From the IMG/VR virus record IMGVR_UViG_3300042515_001753, positions 169,887-233,886 of that record: DNA of 64,000 nt. One strand, 5' to 3'. This document shows, piece by piece, positions 53,436 through 63,248 of the stretch. The notes below the pieces were generated by a model. That model saw only the letters and a list, made by a program, of their open reading frames with translations, was not told the DNA's origin and did not search any database. Positions within the stretch are counted from its first letter, which is position 1. Each line of letters opens with the position of its first letter. The position numbers and the translations under genes are program-made.

Positions 53436-56306
53436 TTAATTTATATTAGAATCATCTTCGTGCCAAGAACAAACATCCAAATATGATTGAATTGTAAATC
53501 CTGGTTTGCAGGTCCAATCAAAATCTATACATTTTCTTGAAAAAGACTTGAACATTAAAGGAGTTATTCTATCACTAAAATCCTTAGCATCTTGCCAATT
53601 AATTGCATCATCATAAAGGTATTTCTCAGGTTCAATCAGCATTTTCTTAACACAATCATCAAATCTGGCACAGTAGTGTGCTCCAATATAAGTTTCAGGT
53701 CGTGTCAAATAGTTTGCATACTGTGCAAGTTCATATTTTCCAATACGAACTTTATCAGCAATACTATTGTACTCTAAAGGAATATCAAACAATTGATGCA
53801 GATTTTCCGTTGTACCCCAATAAATGTGATCTCTTGGATGGAAAAGTAAAGATGGGAACATTCCCGCAACAAAAATATTACCTTCAATATGATTTTCCAT
53901 AAGAAATTCATACATATTCACCATACTATTGTAATTATATTTTTGGTCAGATCTCATCTTTGCAGAAAACTTTGTTTTACAGAGTTTGATTCCAGCAAAA
54001 GATGTTGTAATCTGTAAGTTTTTATTGCAAGTTCCTGGAGTTAATGGATATACACTTCTGACATATTTAACTTTTGATGAATGATAATGTTCTGGTCTAT
54101 CATCATCCCAACAAGAAACAATTACATTATTTACGAAAGGAACTCTTAAATACTCATCAATAATCTCATCAGTATATTCGCCGTATTTTCCCTGAAGGAC
54201 GATATCCATTTTCTCACTTTCACTAACTTCAACAACATCTACACTACTTTCGGTTGAATTATTAAGGGTAAAGTAGATAATAAACTGTCCGAGATAAGTG
54301 TCCTTCCAGTATTCTTTAAATCCATAGAGATAATTATTATTAAAAATGTGTTCGGTAACTTCCTTACCGCTTCTTTCATAAACATGAAATAATTTGCATT
54401 TGGTGAGATATAAGTCTCTGAATTCAATAAACTTTTCTATAGCATTCTTATGGTCATTAATATGCCATTCGCCCGCACAGTGTCCAACATTCTTAATAAT
54501 GAAATCATAATTTTCTTTAGTGAAAATAGAATACTCCCCACCTTCACAATCAAACTTCAAGAAATCAATTCTAGTAATGTTATTTTCTTCAACAATTTTT
54601 TTGAATGTTGTTGTGGGATATTCGTTTCCATCATTTTCATAGATATAAACACCCCTTTCAGCAATAACTTTATTATCCTCTTCGGCATCAGAAATAGCCT
54701 TGTTGATAAAAGTTACAGGACCGTGACCAACATTCTTTTTCAGAGAATGAATAAGAGTATTAGAAGGTTCAACACAATAGACTTGCTTTGGTTTTTTATC
54801 CAGAATTGAATAAGTAAAGGATCCACAGTTTGCACCAGCATCAAATACAACATCTCCTGCTTTTATTGGACACCATTTTTCATATGTCCTTTCAATAAAA
54901 TTCTCTCTTGAGAACATTTCTGCATATTCTGGATCTGTACTACCCCAATCAAAGTTAGATGGCACTAAAAGATTGGGAAAATATTTCTGAATATTATCCA
55001 AAACTGCATTACGATATCCTTCTTGCATCCGATAATTCTCGTGCAAATCCTTCAAGATTGAACCAGACTCCTCGTTTTTACCCCACCACCATCCTGAGAT
55101 TGCTTTTTCAAATAACAATCCATAATCTCCCGGATATCCAATATCATTTCTAAATGGTTGCAAATCCTTTTCCGCCAGATTCAGACCCTGAGTTGCGACA
55201 AGATAAGTATCAGTCCACTGCTCTCTCTTACTATGAAACCTGGCAAGAAAATAATATGCTTCTGGACGATTCGGCAAAACATATAATGCGTGTTGAACTA
55301 AAGTACGAGCAGTCAAATCTCGGGTTCCTTGCATTTCATAGCAAAGATGAGCCCATAGAAGAGCTTCATAAGCAAGATGTGGATCTTCTGCTCTTTCGGC
55401 ACATCTTAAAAAGTATGAGAGTGCCGGTGCAGTATGCTTTTGATTCCAATACCAAGCACCGAGTTTAAGATTGTTCTCGGCATTTTCTGGGTCATTAGCA
55501 TACTCCCCAAGAAGATATTCAATTTCATTCATCATAAAAACTTTAGGTTCTTCTTTTTTATTAATTGCAAAAGGTTTATTTTTATTTTTCCAATAATTTA
55601 AAACAGTTTCTCTTGCCCCATAATGACCCCCTTTCTGATTATTAACAACTTCCTTATCTTCTTCGGGAGAAAATGTAGTGGCAAACTTGACATCTTCTAC
55701 AAATAAAGGAACGGCAGCTCCACCTTTATTTACCGTTTCAAATAAAATATTCTCAACCAAAGGAACCGCATAATTATTAACACCAGGAATTTCAAGATGA
55801 AACTTCTTTTCACCCAAAGAATAACTATCAACTAGTAATTTTGCATATTCTCTTGTAAGAATATATGCCGTTGCTGCCCAGTCATCCCATAATTTTTTTC
55901 TAATTTCAAATGTTTCATAGTTATCTCGGATTAAAAGTAATTGAACATACAAAGAACCCTCAGGAATTGTTTCAATAAACTCTTCCCAAGTAAAGTCCCA
56001 ATATTGAATAGTTTCAAGACTTAAATCATCCTCACAGAAAAATGCATATTCTTCATCAGTTTCTTCATACCACTTACGAATTGCTTTAATGTGAGAGACC
56101 GCACAACCGATTGTTCCCCCATTCATTTGATCCAAAAACTTTCCGGTGATTTCATCATCAGACTCACTATATCTTTTGGATATGATTGCGGTGGGAGTTA
56201 TTCCATATTCGGCAAACTGCTTTTCCAGATTTTTTTGACGGTCTGTACTTTCTTCAAGAGAAATATAATAGACTGAGGGAAAATTTTCAAGTTTGTTCTT
56301 TTTCAT
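53436..56306 (-). CDS. Multidomain protein: GT25-like glycosyltransferase + TPR + FkbM methyltransferase + WavE-like domain
   Basis: YYISL....DR ... GCAVSH ... FCEDD; TPR-like helices; VFDAGAN.G ... FLKFDCEGGE; C-terminal IVLQG ... K.RSDQ ... HPRDHIYWG. Confidence 0.8.
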   Translation of the reverse strand: MKKNKLENFPSVYYISLEESTDRQKNLEKQFAEYGITPTAIISKRYSESDDEITGKFLDQMNGGTIGCAVSHIKAIRKWYEETDEEYAFFCEDDLSLETIQYWDFTWEEFIETIPEGSLYVQLLLIRDNYETFEIRKKLWDDWAATAYILTREYAKLLVDSYSLGEKKFHLEIPGVNNYAVPLVENILFETVNKGGAAVPLFVEDVKFATTFSPEEDKEVVNNQKGGHYGARETVLNYWKNKNKPFAINKKEEPKVFMMNEIEYLLGEYANDPENAENNLKLGAWYWNQKHTAPALSYFLRCAERAEDPHLAYEALLWAHLCYEMQGTRDLTARTLVQHALYVLPNRPEAYYFLARFHSKREQWTDTYLVATQGLNLAEKDLQPFRNDIGYPGDYGLLFEKAISGWWWGKNEESGSILKDLHENYRMQEGYRNAVLDNIQKYFPNLLVPSNFDWGSTDPEYAEMFSRENFIERTYEKWCPIKAGDVVFDAGANCGSFTYSILDKKPKQVYCVEPSNTLIHSLKKNVGHGPVTFINKAISDAEEDNKVIAERGVYIYENDGNEYPTTTFKKIVEENNITRIDFLKFDCEGGEYSIFTKENYDFIIKNVGHCAGEWHINDHKNAIEKFIEFRDLYLTKCKLFHVYERSGKEVTEHIFNNNYLYGFKEYWKDTYLGQFIIYFTLNNSTESSVDVVEVSESEKMDIVLQGKYGEYTDEIIDEYLRVPFVNNVIVSCWDDDRPEHYHSSKVKYVRSVYPLTPGTCNKNLQITTSFAGIKLCKTKFSAKMRSDQKYNYNSMVNMYEFLMENHIEGNIFVAGMFPSLLFHPRDHIYWGTTENLHQLFDIPLEYNSIADKVRIGKYELAQYANYLTRPETYIGAHYCARFDDCVKKMLIEPEKYLYDDAINWQDAKDFSDRITPLMFKSFSRKCIDFDWTCKPGFTIQSYLDVCSWHEDDSNIN

Positions 56307-56340
56307 TATTTTATGTGCGTAGTAATTTTGTTCATTTTAG

Positions 56341-57690
56341 TCATTCTCTCATAAATTCTTCAATCGTAAGAATAGAACCAATATTTCTCCACCAATTTAA
56401 ATTATCTTGATAGGATTGATGATGGTATGAATTAACTGGTTGCTTCTTCCCTTCTTCCGTATTCGGGTCAAGGTACGAAGGCATAAAACTCAGGTCTTCA
56501 GTAAATAAAGGAGCACCATAAACTTTACCTAATGGAGAGAAGATAATGGTTTCAATCACGGGAACCTTAGCCCAGTCCTCTCTGAGATAAATGTCGGCAC
56601 CCTGTACATCTAAATGAAACTTACCATCATAATAATATGTATCAATTAGTTTTTTGGCAAATTCTCGTTTAATAAGATAAGCACAACCAGACCAATCACA
56701 CCAACAACGATTGCGGAATCCAATTTTAAATCTATCAAATTCTTCTTCACGCAACCAGGCAAGTTGAACAATCTCCCAGTCATCAGGAAGACTATTGTAA
56801 AAATCATCCCAAGTAAAGTTCCAGTACTGAACCAGTTCCATACTCAAATCATCTTCACAGAAAAATGCAACCTCTTCAGTAGTATTATCATACCATTCTT
56901 TGATTGCCTTAAGATGCGATGTGACAGGACCTCTACTTCCAATAGTCAAACGGTCAACGTATTCAGATATAATTTCGTGTTGAGTATCATCATACTTATA
57001 AAAAATATGAGGTGTGATACGATCAACACCAACCTCAGAGAACTTTTGATGTAACTTTTCTCTTCTTTCGGTACAGTAATCAACACTAATATAATGAACT
57101 GGGGGTAGATTATTAAGTTTAGATTTATCTGGTTTGTAATAAATCCAACACTTTTCATCTGGCGTAAATCCAGTCAGTAATTCATTTACTGCTCGTTTGA
57201 CACCAGGAAACCAATCGTATTCATCGTGATAATAATCGTGCCCTGCAATTATTCCACCTGATTTTACTTTAGGATACCAGGCAATAATATCATCTCGGAC
57301 ATCCTCATACTCATGAGAAGCGTCAATAAAAACAAAATCCAAAGATTCATCCTTGAATTTTTTGACTGCCTCAAGAGAAGTCATCTTAAGTGGAAAATAA
57401 TATTCACCAACAGGTCTCATATTGTCAATAAAGATATCATAGAGTTTAGATAACTCTTCCATTCCTTCGTGCTCAACACTTCCTTCCCAAGTATCTACAC
57501 AGAAGAACTCAATATCCTTATTGGAGTTGGCAATCTCAACACACATATATGCTGCTGATTTACCTTTCCAACAACCAACTTCCACAAAACGACTACCCGA
57601 AGGAAATCGTTTCACAATTCTAGAGTAAAGATTGGGATAAGAAAACCAACCTTCACCGAAATTATCACTTCCACAAATATGTTCCATCAT
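56341..57690 (-). CDS. Class I SAM methyltransferase fused to a GT25-like glycosyltransferase
   Basis: VEVGCWKGKS ... DFVFIDASHEY ... GGIIAGHDY; then YISVDY..ERR ... SHLKAI ... FCEDD. Confidence 0.82.
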   Translation of the reverse strand: MMEHICGSDNFGEGWFSYPNLYSRIVKRFPSGSRFVEVGCWKGKSAAYMCVEIANSNKDIEFFCVDTWEGSVEHEGMEELSKLYDIFIDNMRPVGEYYFPLKMTSLEAVKKFKDESLDFVFIDASHEYEDVRDDIIAWYPKVKSGGIIAGHDYYHDEYDWFPGVKRAVNELLTGFTPDEKCWIYYKPDKSKLNNLPPVHYISVDYCTERREKLHQKFSEVGVDRITPHIFYKYDDTQHEIISEYVDRLTIGSRGPVTSHLKAIKEWYDNTTEEVAFFCEDDLSMELVQYWNFTWDDFYNSLPDDWEIVQLAWLREEEFDRFKIGFRNRCWCDWSGCAYLIKREFAKKLIDTYYYDGKFHLDVQGADIYLREDWAKVPVIETIIFSPLGKVYGAPLFTEDLSFMPSYLDPNTEEGKKQPVNSYHHQSYQDNLNWWRNIGSILTIEEFMRE

Positions 57691-59327
57691 TTTAACTCAA
57701 GCAATACCGATTCTGAATTTTCATACAATCTACCATCCACCGCAATCTTATGAGTGGGAATATATTTCTCAACCAATTCAGGCCAAATAGTTCCCAGTTC
57801 ATCGTGAAATTCAATTGCAATATACTTGAAGTCCGCAAAACAAGTTGCATTTTCAAGAATATTTTTTTCTGCACCTTCAATATCAATCTTCAGAAAATCA
57901 TATTTGGGAAGATTTTCCAAAGTTATAGTAGGAATATCATTAAACTGAATCGTGTGATTATTGGAGTGCATATTATATCCACCCACATTACCATCAGATT
58001 GACCAAGTAAAATGAAATCTTGTCCGTAATATAGTGCCTTATTGATAACTTTAATACGATACTCGTTCTTAAATCTTTCTTGAATGAAGTTAAAATTCAC
58101 AGGAACTGGTTCAAGAATTAGTGCAGTATCAAGAGATGGAATTTTTGAGAACATAATTTTGGGAACTTCACCAGTACATCCACCCACATCAAGAACAGAT
58201 TTGATTTTCTTCTCTTTAAGAAACTCAATAATATTCACATAAAATGGTCGTAAAGTCCATTCCTCATTTGTATAATAGATATGACCTTCTAATGATTCTG
58301 TAGGATAACCAGTGAATGATGGGAATGCTTCCGGTTGTGGTTCAGATACAGTTTCAAGACCAATAAAGTCCAACACAAATTCTTTAGAAGCTCTTACCAA
58401 ATATGCCGCATTATCTTGAAATCCAAAAGTAATCAAATAATCACCTTTGTATTCTACCATACCTACGGCAAATTCAATCTCGGCATTCATAAAAGAAAAC
58501 TGCCTTGATACTTTAACGATGTTCCAGTCCTTGTCCCAGACCACAAAACGGTGACGATACACACCATCTTTTCTTCCGGCGGCACTTTGAGTCATATAAG
58601 TTTCGTGTGTCAGGCACATACGATACTCACCAACAGGAATAACCTGAGAACCACCACGAAGGTCAATCGTTCCAAAATTCTTCCAGTCTTTTCTTACAAC
58701 AGTTTCAGTTGTCCCTTTTTCTGGATTGTACTTAACAACTTCTGTACCATTCGTCCATTTCACATAATGATATGGCATATCCAGAATTGGCATCCAGTTC
58801 TTATTACAATATTCTTCATCTGGTGGAGGAGCAGGAATACGACGCTGGCTGATTTCTTTAACTCCACTTTCAGTAATTTCAATCTCCGAAAGTTCCATAC
58901 GACCAGTTCCAATCGTATCTAAGTCTCTTCGCACTCCTGTTACATAAAGTTTATCGTTCCAGCGAACAATACGACAATCTTCTAGTCCCACAAATTCCCA
59001 CAGTTCTTTATCTGGGAATTTTGAAGTATCAATATGATGATAAGATTTAATACTCATATCATCATTCATCTCGCACATAATGTTCCAAGTGCGAAGTCTC
59101 CAATCGTTCTCTGGATGAATATAAACTAGTGGTCCCCACTGGTTTTCATAAATCTTTTTTTCCGAATGATAAAGAGTATAGTTTATATTTCTTAGATTGA
59201 CTAGAATTCTACCATTATCATTATAAACCGAAGGATTTGTAATTGATGGTCCTTTGAGTTCTTCATGTGGAAGAATCAGGGGATGTATTGACCCACCATT
59301 ATCAAGAGCAAGTTTTACAAAGTTCAT
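57687..59327 (-). CDS. Five-bladed beta-propeller glycosidase/phosphorylase-like (GH130-like) domain fused to an FkbM methyltransferase
   Basis: NPSV ... GLEDCRI ... KNWMP ... LRGGS ... IEFAVG ... FG.QD; then LDVGGCTG ... KIDIEGAE. Confidence 0.7.
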   Translation of the reverse strand: MNFVKLALDNGGSIHPLILPHEELKGPSITNPSVYNDNGRILVNLRNINYTLYHSEKKIYENQWGPLVYIHPENDWRLRTWNIMCEMNDDMSIKSYHHIDTSKFPDKELWEFVGLEDCRIVRWNDKLYVTGVRRDLDTIGTGRMELSEIEITESGVKEISQRRIPAPPPDEEYCNKNWMPILDMPYHYVKWTNGTEVVKYNPEKGTTETVVRKDWKNFGTIDLRGGSQVIPVGEYRMCLTHETYMTQSAAGRKDGVYRHRFVVWDKDWNIVKVSRQFSFMNAEIEFAVGMVEYKGDYLITFGFQDNAAYLVRASKEFVLDFIGLETVSEPQPEAFPSFTGYPTESLEGHIYYTNEEWTLRPFYVNIIEFLKEKKIKSVLDVGGCTGEVPKIMFSKIPSLDTALILEPVPVNFNFIQERFKNEYRIKVINKALYYGQDFILLGQSDGNVGGYNMHSNNHTIQFNDIPTITLENLPKYDFLKIDIEGAEKNILENATCFADFKYIAIEFHDELGTIWPELVEKYIPTHKIAVDGRLYENSESVLLELK

Positions 59328-59389
59328 ATAACCATTCTAATTTATCTTATGTATCTATTTTACATCAAAATCAAAAATTATACAAGTGC

Positions 59390-59899
59390 TTATACGTTAT
59401 ATCCTTCTAATATGACGTTGATGTTACCGGCGTCAAAGGTGTCTGTGCCGTTCACGGTGGTGACTCGGATTCCTGTGACAGTGCCAGAAATAGTAACTGA
59501 ACCAGCTATGGTATTCATGTTGCTTATGTCAGAACGCGCAATATTTCCGCTTCCAATCCATTGGGTTGAGGAAAATTGCGTCAGCACCAAGTGACCATGG
59601 CGAACAGCGGCGGCGGCGGAGACTGTATCCGTAAATCCAGTAGTAAAAGCCCCACCCCCACCAGTGCCAAGGTAACCTGTACTAACAACACTTCCTCCGA
59701 CAATTAGGCGAATTTGTATAAAACTACTGCCACTAGTGCTGACTCCAGCAAGCATCACCGTAATTCGCTTTACCCAACTTGGAATACTTGCGTATTCAAC
59801 TGAGGTGCCTGTAGCAGATTTTGCTGTTTCAAGTCTCATTAATTCATAAAAAGAAGTCCCTACTACATCAGTTGCTTTATTTACAGCTAAAGTACTCAT
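59390..59899 (-). CDS. Short tail-fibre-tip-like protein
   Basis: MSTLAV N-terminus, beta-rich Ser/Thr/Gly body; late promoter at 59911-59926. Confidence 0.6.
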   Translation of the reverse strand: MSTLAVNKATDVVGTSFYELMRLETAKSATGTSVEYASIPSWVKRITVMLAGVSTSGSSFIQIRLIVGGSVVSTGYLGTGGGGAFTTGFTDTVSAAAAVRHGHLVLTQFSSTQWIGSGNIARSDISNMNTIAGSVTISGTVTGIRVTTVNGTDTFDAGNINVILEGYNV

Positions 59900-59925
59900 A
59901 TTTTTATAATCTTTTTAGTTATTTA

Positions 59926-60579
59926 TCAAGTTCTATCAAAAGCAAAGGGAAGATAAGGTCCATTTGCATTCACATAATGAAAAAAGATTTGATGATGGTA
60001 TGTATCATCTTTTTTAAACACTCTTTGAATTTTATTATATTTTGATTCTAAAGGATACCTCCAGTGCTCTCTTTCACATCCTTTGTAAATGACTGCATCA
60101 CCATTTTTCATATTTACAAAGCTTTCATTACTATTGGGTGTCTCAAACCAAATAGGCCAAGGTTCTTTTCTATTTGTACTGATTTGAAGAGTAACACTCA
60201 CTTCACAGGAAGGTCTATCACTATGTCTTTTCAATCCTTGTCCAGTAAAATAAAATCTATCAAAATAATAAGTAGGATATAAATCAATACCTAAAGTATC
60301 TTCTACTTCTTTTTTGACAAGATAATGAAGTTCTTTATATGGAGGAAAATTATATCTTGATAATGAACCTTGAACTTGTTTTTCTTCTGGTTCATAATTA
60401 GATTTATTTTTTCCAAAATAATTAATTTGCCCTCTTTCTTCTGGAACTGGTGAAAAAATCATTTCTGGATTTGTTACCATACCTGGAACAAAAAGATATC
60501 CATTTTTTTCAAATGACTGATGATTAGTCATTTGATAGGTTGGTAAGGTTTGTTTTTGTGGATATTGTCTTTCCATCAT
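59926..60579 (-). CDS. 2OG-Fe(II) oxygenase-like protein
   Basis: LKRHSDRPSCEVSVTL ... GDAVIYKGCEREHWR ... HQIFFHYV. Confidence 0.82.
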   Translation of the reverse strand: MMERQYPQKQTLPTYQMTNHQSFEKNGYLFVPGMVTNPEMIFSPVPEERGQINYFGKNKSNYEPEEKQVQGSLSRYNFPPYKELHYLVKKEVEDTLGIDLYPTYYFDRFYFTGQGLKRHSDRPSCEVSVTLQISTNRKEPWPIWFETPNSNESFVNMKNGDAVIYKGCEREHWRYPLESKYNKIQRVFKKDDTYHHQIFFHYVNANGPYLPFAFDRT

Positions 60580-60604
60580 AAAATCTCCTCATTTTTGTTG
60601 TTGT

Positions 60605-61231
60605 TTAGCGAAATCTTGGACCAATAATCCACCCAACTAAAGATTTTCTGACACCAGATTTTACTTTCTTTACTCTATGTGGTGTTCTTGAATCAAAAAA
60701 TGCAATAGTCCCTTTTTGCTTTGGCATAAAATAAGGTTTCCCAGAATTATCAAGAAACTGGACTTCACCTCCAGTATATTCATCAAAATTTGAAAGTTGT
60801 AAACTAAAAGAAAGTTTTCTTACATATTCTACATTTGTTGCAATAAAATCTTGTGGGTCATTAACACCAGAAGTTGTAATATTTTGTGGTTTGTAAGAAA
60901 CATCTATACCTGCATCAGTATGCCAATTATAAAATTCACCTTCTGAGTATCTTGTATATTGTAAATTCTCCCCATCAATACAAGTTAAATCATAAAGAAA
61001 ATTTTCTCTATTTGCTCTTGTGGCATAATGCCAAAGAAATCCACCAATCCAGTGTGTAGTAGGAATCCATACATTTTTACTATTTCTAATGCCCTTATTT
61101 ACTTCTCCCTGACCACCATATCCAATCACAGAATCCCCAAAATTATTTTCAAAGACTTTTAAATCTTTTTCTAAAATACTTATAATATCTTCAGGTAGAT
61201 TAGTATCATACCATAATGTCTGAAATGCCAT
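60605..61231 (-). CDS. 2OG-Fe(II) oxygenase (PKHD-type hydroxylase-like)
   Basis: QYTRY..GEFYNWHTD ... RKLSFSLQL ... YTGGE ... PHRVKKV.SGVRKSLVGW. Confidence 0.88.
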   Translation of the reverse strand: MAFQTLWYDTNLPEDIISILEKDLKVFENNFGDSVIGYGGQGEVNKGIRNSKNVWIPTTHWIGGFLWHYATRANRENFLYDLTCIDGENLQYTRYSEGEFYNWHTDAGIDVSYKPQNITTSGVNDPQDFIATNVEYVRKLSFSLQLSNFDEYTGGEVQFLDNSGKPYFMPKQKGTIAFFDSRTPHRVKKVKSGVRKSLVGWIIGPRFR

Positions 61232-61265
61232 AAAAAATCAAATCATTTGAACTATTTATTTTGAA

Positions 61266-62096
61266 TCAATCATATAAAACAAATTTTAAATATCCAATCC
61301 CTCCAGGACCACCAGTGCCAGTACCAGCACCACCGCCAGCACCCACTTGATATGAATATGGAGAACCTCCAGTTATAGTAAGTCTTGAATGAATTGCAAG
61401 TCCTCCACCACCTCCACCGGCGGCGACGGCGCCGAGGAGGACTGCTCCAGAACTAGCACCACCACCTCCACCACCAAAGGGACTTCCAGGACCTCCAGGT
61501 ATAGACGAAAGAGCAGCTGCTAGAGCAGCTGCTCCTCCTGCTCCGGATATTCCATTTGGAAATCCTCCAGCAGCACCACCAGTAGCAGTTGGAACAGACG
61601 GAACAATTACATTGTTACCACCCGCACCACCGGCACTTCCTGGTGTATTTGTTGTTCCTCCAGTTGCAGGTCCACCAGCCCCCGCAGTCGTAGACCCAGC
61701 TGGAGAACCTCCAACTCCTCCACCTCCAACAACAGTAGAAAAAAACGAAGGAGTTCCAGCTGTTCCAGTAACACGTGTTAAAGGACCGGAGAATCCACCA
61801 CCACCTCCTCCACCTCCAATAGCAAAAACATAAACTCCAGATACAATTGGATTTACAGTTACACTTCCACTTTGAGGTGTTTCAAGTATCACAGAAGCAT
61901 CTGTTTTTACACCCACAACAGTTGCTACATTTCCTTTACCACCAGTAGCACTTGAAAATGCTGTTCCTCCTGAAATAGTGAGACTTGTGCCACCTTCAGG
62001 AAAAACTCCAGTACCAAAAGTTTCATTATAAAGACTTGCTTGTGCAACACTAGTATCATCAAAAATTATAGTTGGTCCTGAAACTGTGATTGCCAT
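61266..62096 (-). CDS. Glycine-rich virion protein
   Basis: AIGGGGGGG...GGVGG...YQVGAGG...G.G glycine-rich domain; ATAAATA upstream of the next gene. Confidence 0.7.
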   Translation of the reverse strand: MAITVSGPTIIFDDTSVAQASLYNETFGTGVFPEGGTSLTISGGTAFSSATGGKGNVATVVGVKTDASVILETPQSGSVTVNPIVSGVYVFAIGGGGGGGGFSGPLTRVTGTAGTPSFFSTVVGGGGVGGSPAGSTTAGAGGPATGGTTNTPGSAGGAGGNNVIVPSVPTATGGAAGGFPNGISGAGGAAALAAALSSIPGGPGSPFGGGGGGASSGAVLLGAVAAGGGGGGLAIHSRLTITGGSPYSYQVGAGGGAGTGTGGPGGIGYLKFVLYD

Positions 62097-62174
62097 TTTG
62101 TGGTGGTGGATAAATTACTGTTTCTGGAAATGTGGAGATTTTGTGAGGTATATGATGATTTTTATGGGGGGTTC

Positions 62175-62576
62175 TTATCTGAAGATGGCGGCATTCACAG
62201 TGGCGTAGTCGTCCGCAACCCATCTGGCGTTGGTGGTGCCCTCTGGACCAGTGACAAAACGACAACTACCTGATGCTAAGAGTCGTGAAGCAGTTAATCC
62301 GTAATAGAGATTCGCTGATGTAGATTCATAGTTCGCAGAAAATACTGCCGAGTAATTCGCATCGGGCATCGCAGTCGTAAAGTTCACCGTATAGTCTCCA
62401 GTCCCATTATCAGTAATACTAAGTACATTAAAAGAAGCACGAGTAGCAACAACTCCACTACCATTAAAGTTCACCCAGGATCTACAAAAAGTTCCAATTT
62501 GAGTTCCAGCACTATTATTGATAGTTGGTGGAGAAGTAGTGTTACTTTGAATTGTACCTACACTTAAAGTACTCAT
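62175..62576 (-). CDS. Short tail-fibre-tip-like protein
   Basis: MSTLSV start; CRSWVNFNG....RASFNV.SITDNGTGDYTVNFTTAMPDANY motif common in fibre C-termini. Confidence 0.7.
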   Translation of the reverse strand: MSTLSVGTIQSNTTSPPTINNSAGTQIGTFCRSWVNFNGSGVVATRASFNVLSITDNGTGDYTVNFTTAMPDANYSAVFSANYESTSANLYYGLTASRLLASGSCRFVTGPEGTTNARWVADDYATVNAAIFR

Positions 62577-62579
62577 AGT

Positions 62580-62870
62580 TTATACCAGTGGATTTGGACC
62601 TAAAACATTTTCATTCCAAACTTGCTTGAGTTCTTCAGTCACTCCAAGAACATCAGTTGCTGTTGGAATTACATCATCAATAATTGCGGTTGCATCACGA
62701 AGTGCTTGTTTTTCTGTAGTAACTTCTGCAACTTTAGTAGAATTTCCTACTTCAAGTGCCTTCATAAACTCCACATCCTTTTGCTCAAGTAAAGGATTTC
62801 TTACTTCACGAATTTTATCTTTGTGAATTTCTTTTGCTTTATCTATATTAATTCCAATAGGCATTTTCAA
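62580..62870 (-). CDS. Tail fibre assembly-like small protein
   Basis: KIREVRNPLLE..D ... KQALRD pattern. Confidence 0.55.
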   Translation of the reverse strand: MKMPIGINIDKAKEIHKDKIREVRNPLLEQKDVEFMKALEVGNSTKVAEVTTEKQALRDATAIIDDVIPTATDVLGVTEELKQVWNENVLGPNPLV

Positions 62871-63058
62871 ACCTCCTCATAAGTCCAAGCATTTCTGTAA
62901 GTTCTATCATTAGGAATTTCCGAAATATCAACAACTTGATATGGTTTTCCTTCTGGTACACTTTCAATTAATTTTTCAAGTGAGAGACATTCCATAGTAG
63001 GAATTATTACAGAAACTCCACCTTCATCATTTGGATAAATTATTCTTGTATTAATCAT
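62867..63058 (-). CDS. Small tail-associated protein
   Basis: IIYPND.GGVSVIIP ... PND.TYRNAW; coupled to its neighbour. Confidence 0.55.
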   Translation of the reverse strand: MINTRIIYPNDEGGVSVIIPTMECLSLEKLIESVPEGKPYQVVDISEIPNDRTYRNAWTYEEV

Positions 63059-63068
63059 AATTCCTCAA

Positions 63069-63242
63069 TTAAACAATAACCCAACGAGCACCAGTATTTA
63101 TAGTGACTGTGACACCACTATTTATAGTTGTAGGACCTATTGTCATCCAATTATAGGTTGTAGTGAGAGTTTGATTGGCATCAATTGCAGTACTACAACC
63201 AACAAAAGCTCCTCCATTAGCTCCTATTACTACTGATGACAT
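63069..63242 (-). CDS. 57-aa small tail-associated protein
   Basis: Not in the track. Hand translation MSSVIGANGGAFVGCSTAIDANQTLTTTYNWMTIGPTTINSGVTVTINTGARWVIV*. Confidence 0.65.
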   Translation of the reverse strand: MSSVVIGANGGAFVGCSTAIDANQTLTTTYNWMTIGPTTINSGVTVTINTGARWVIV

Positions 63243-63248
63243 AATTCA

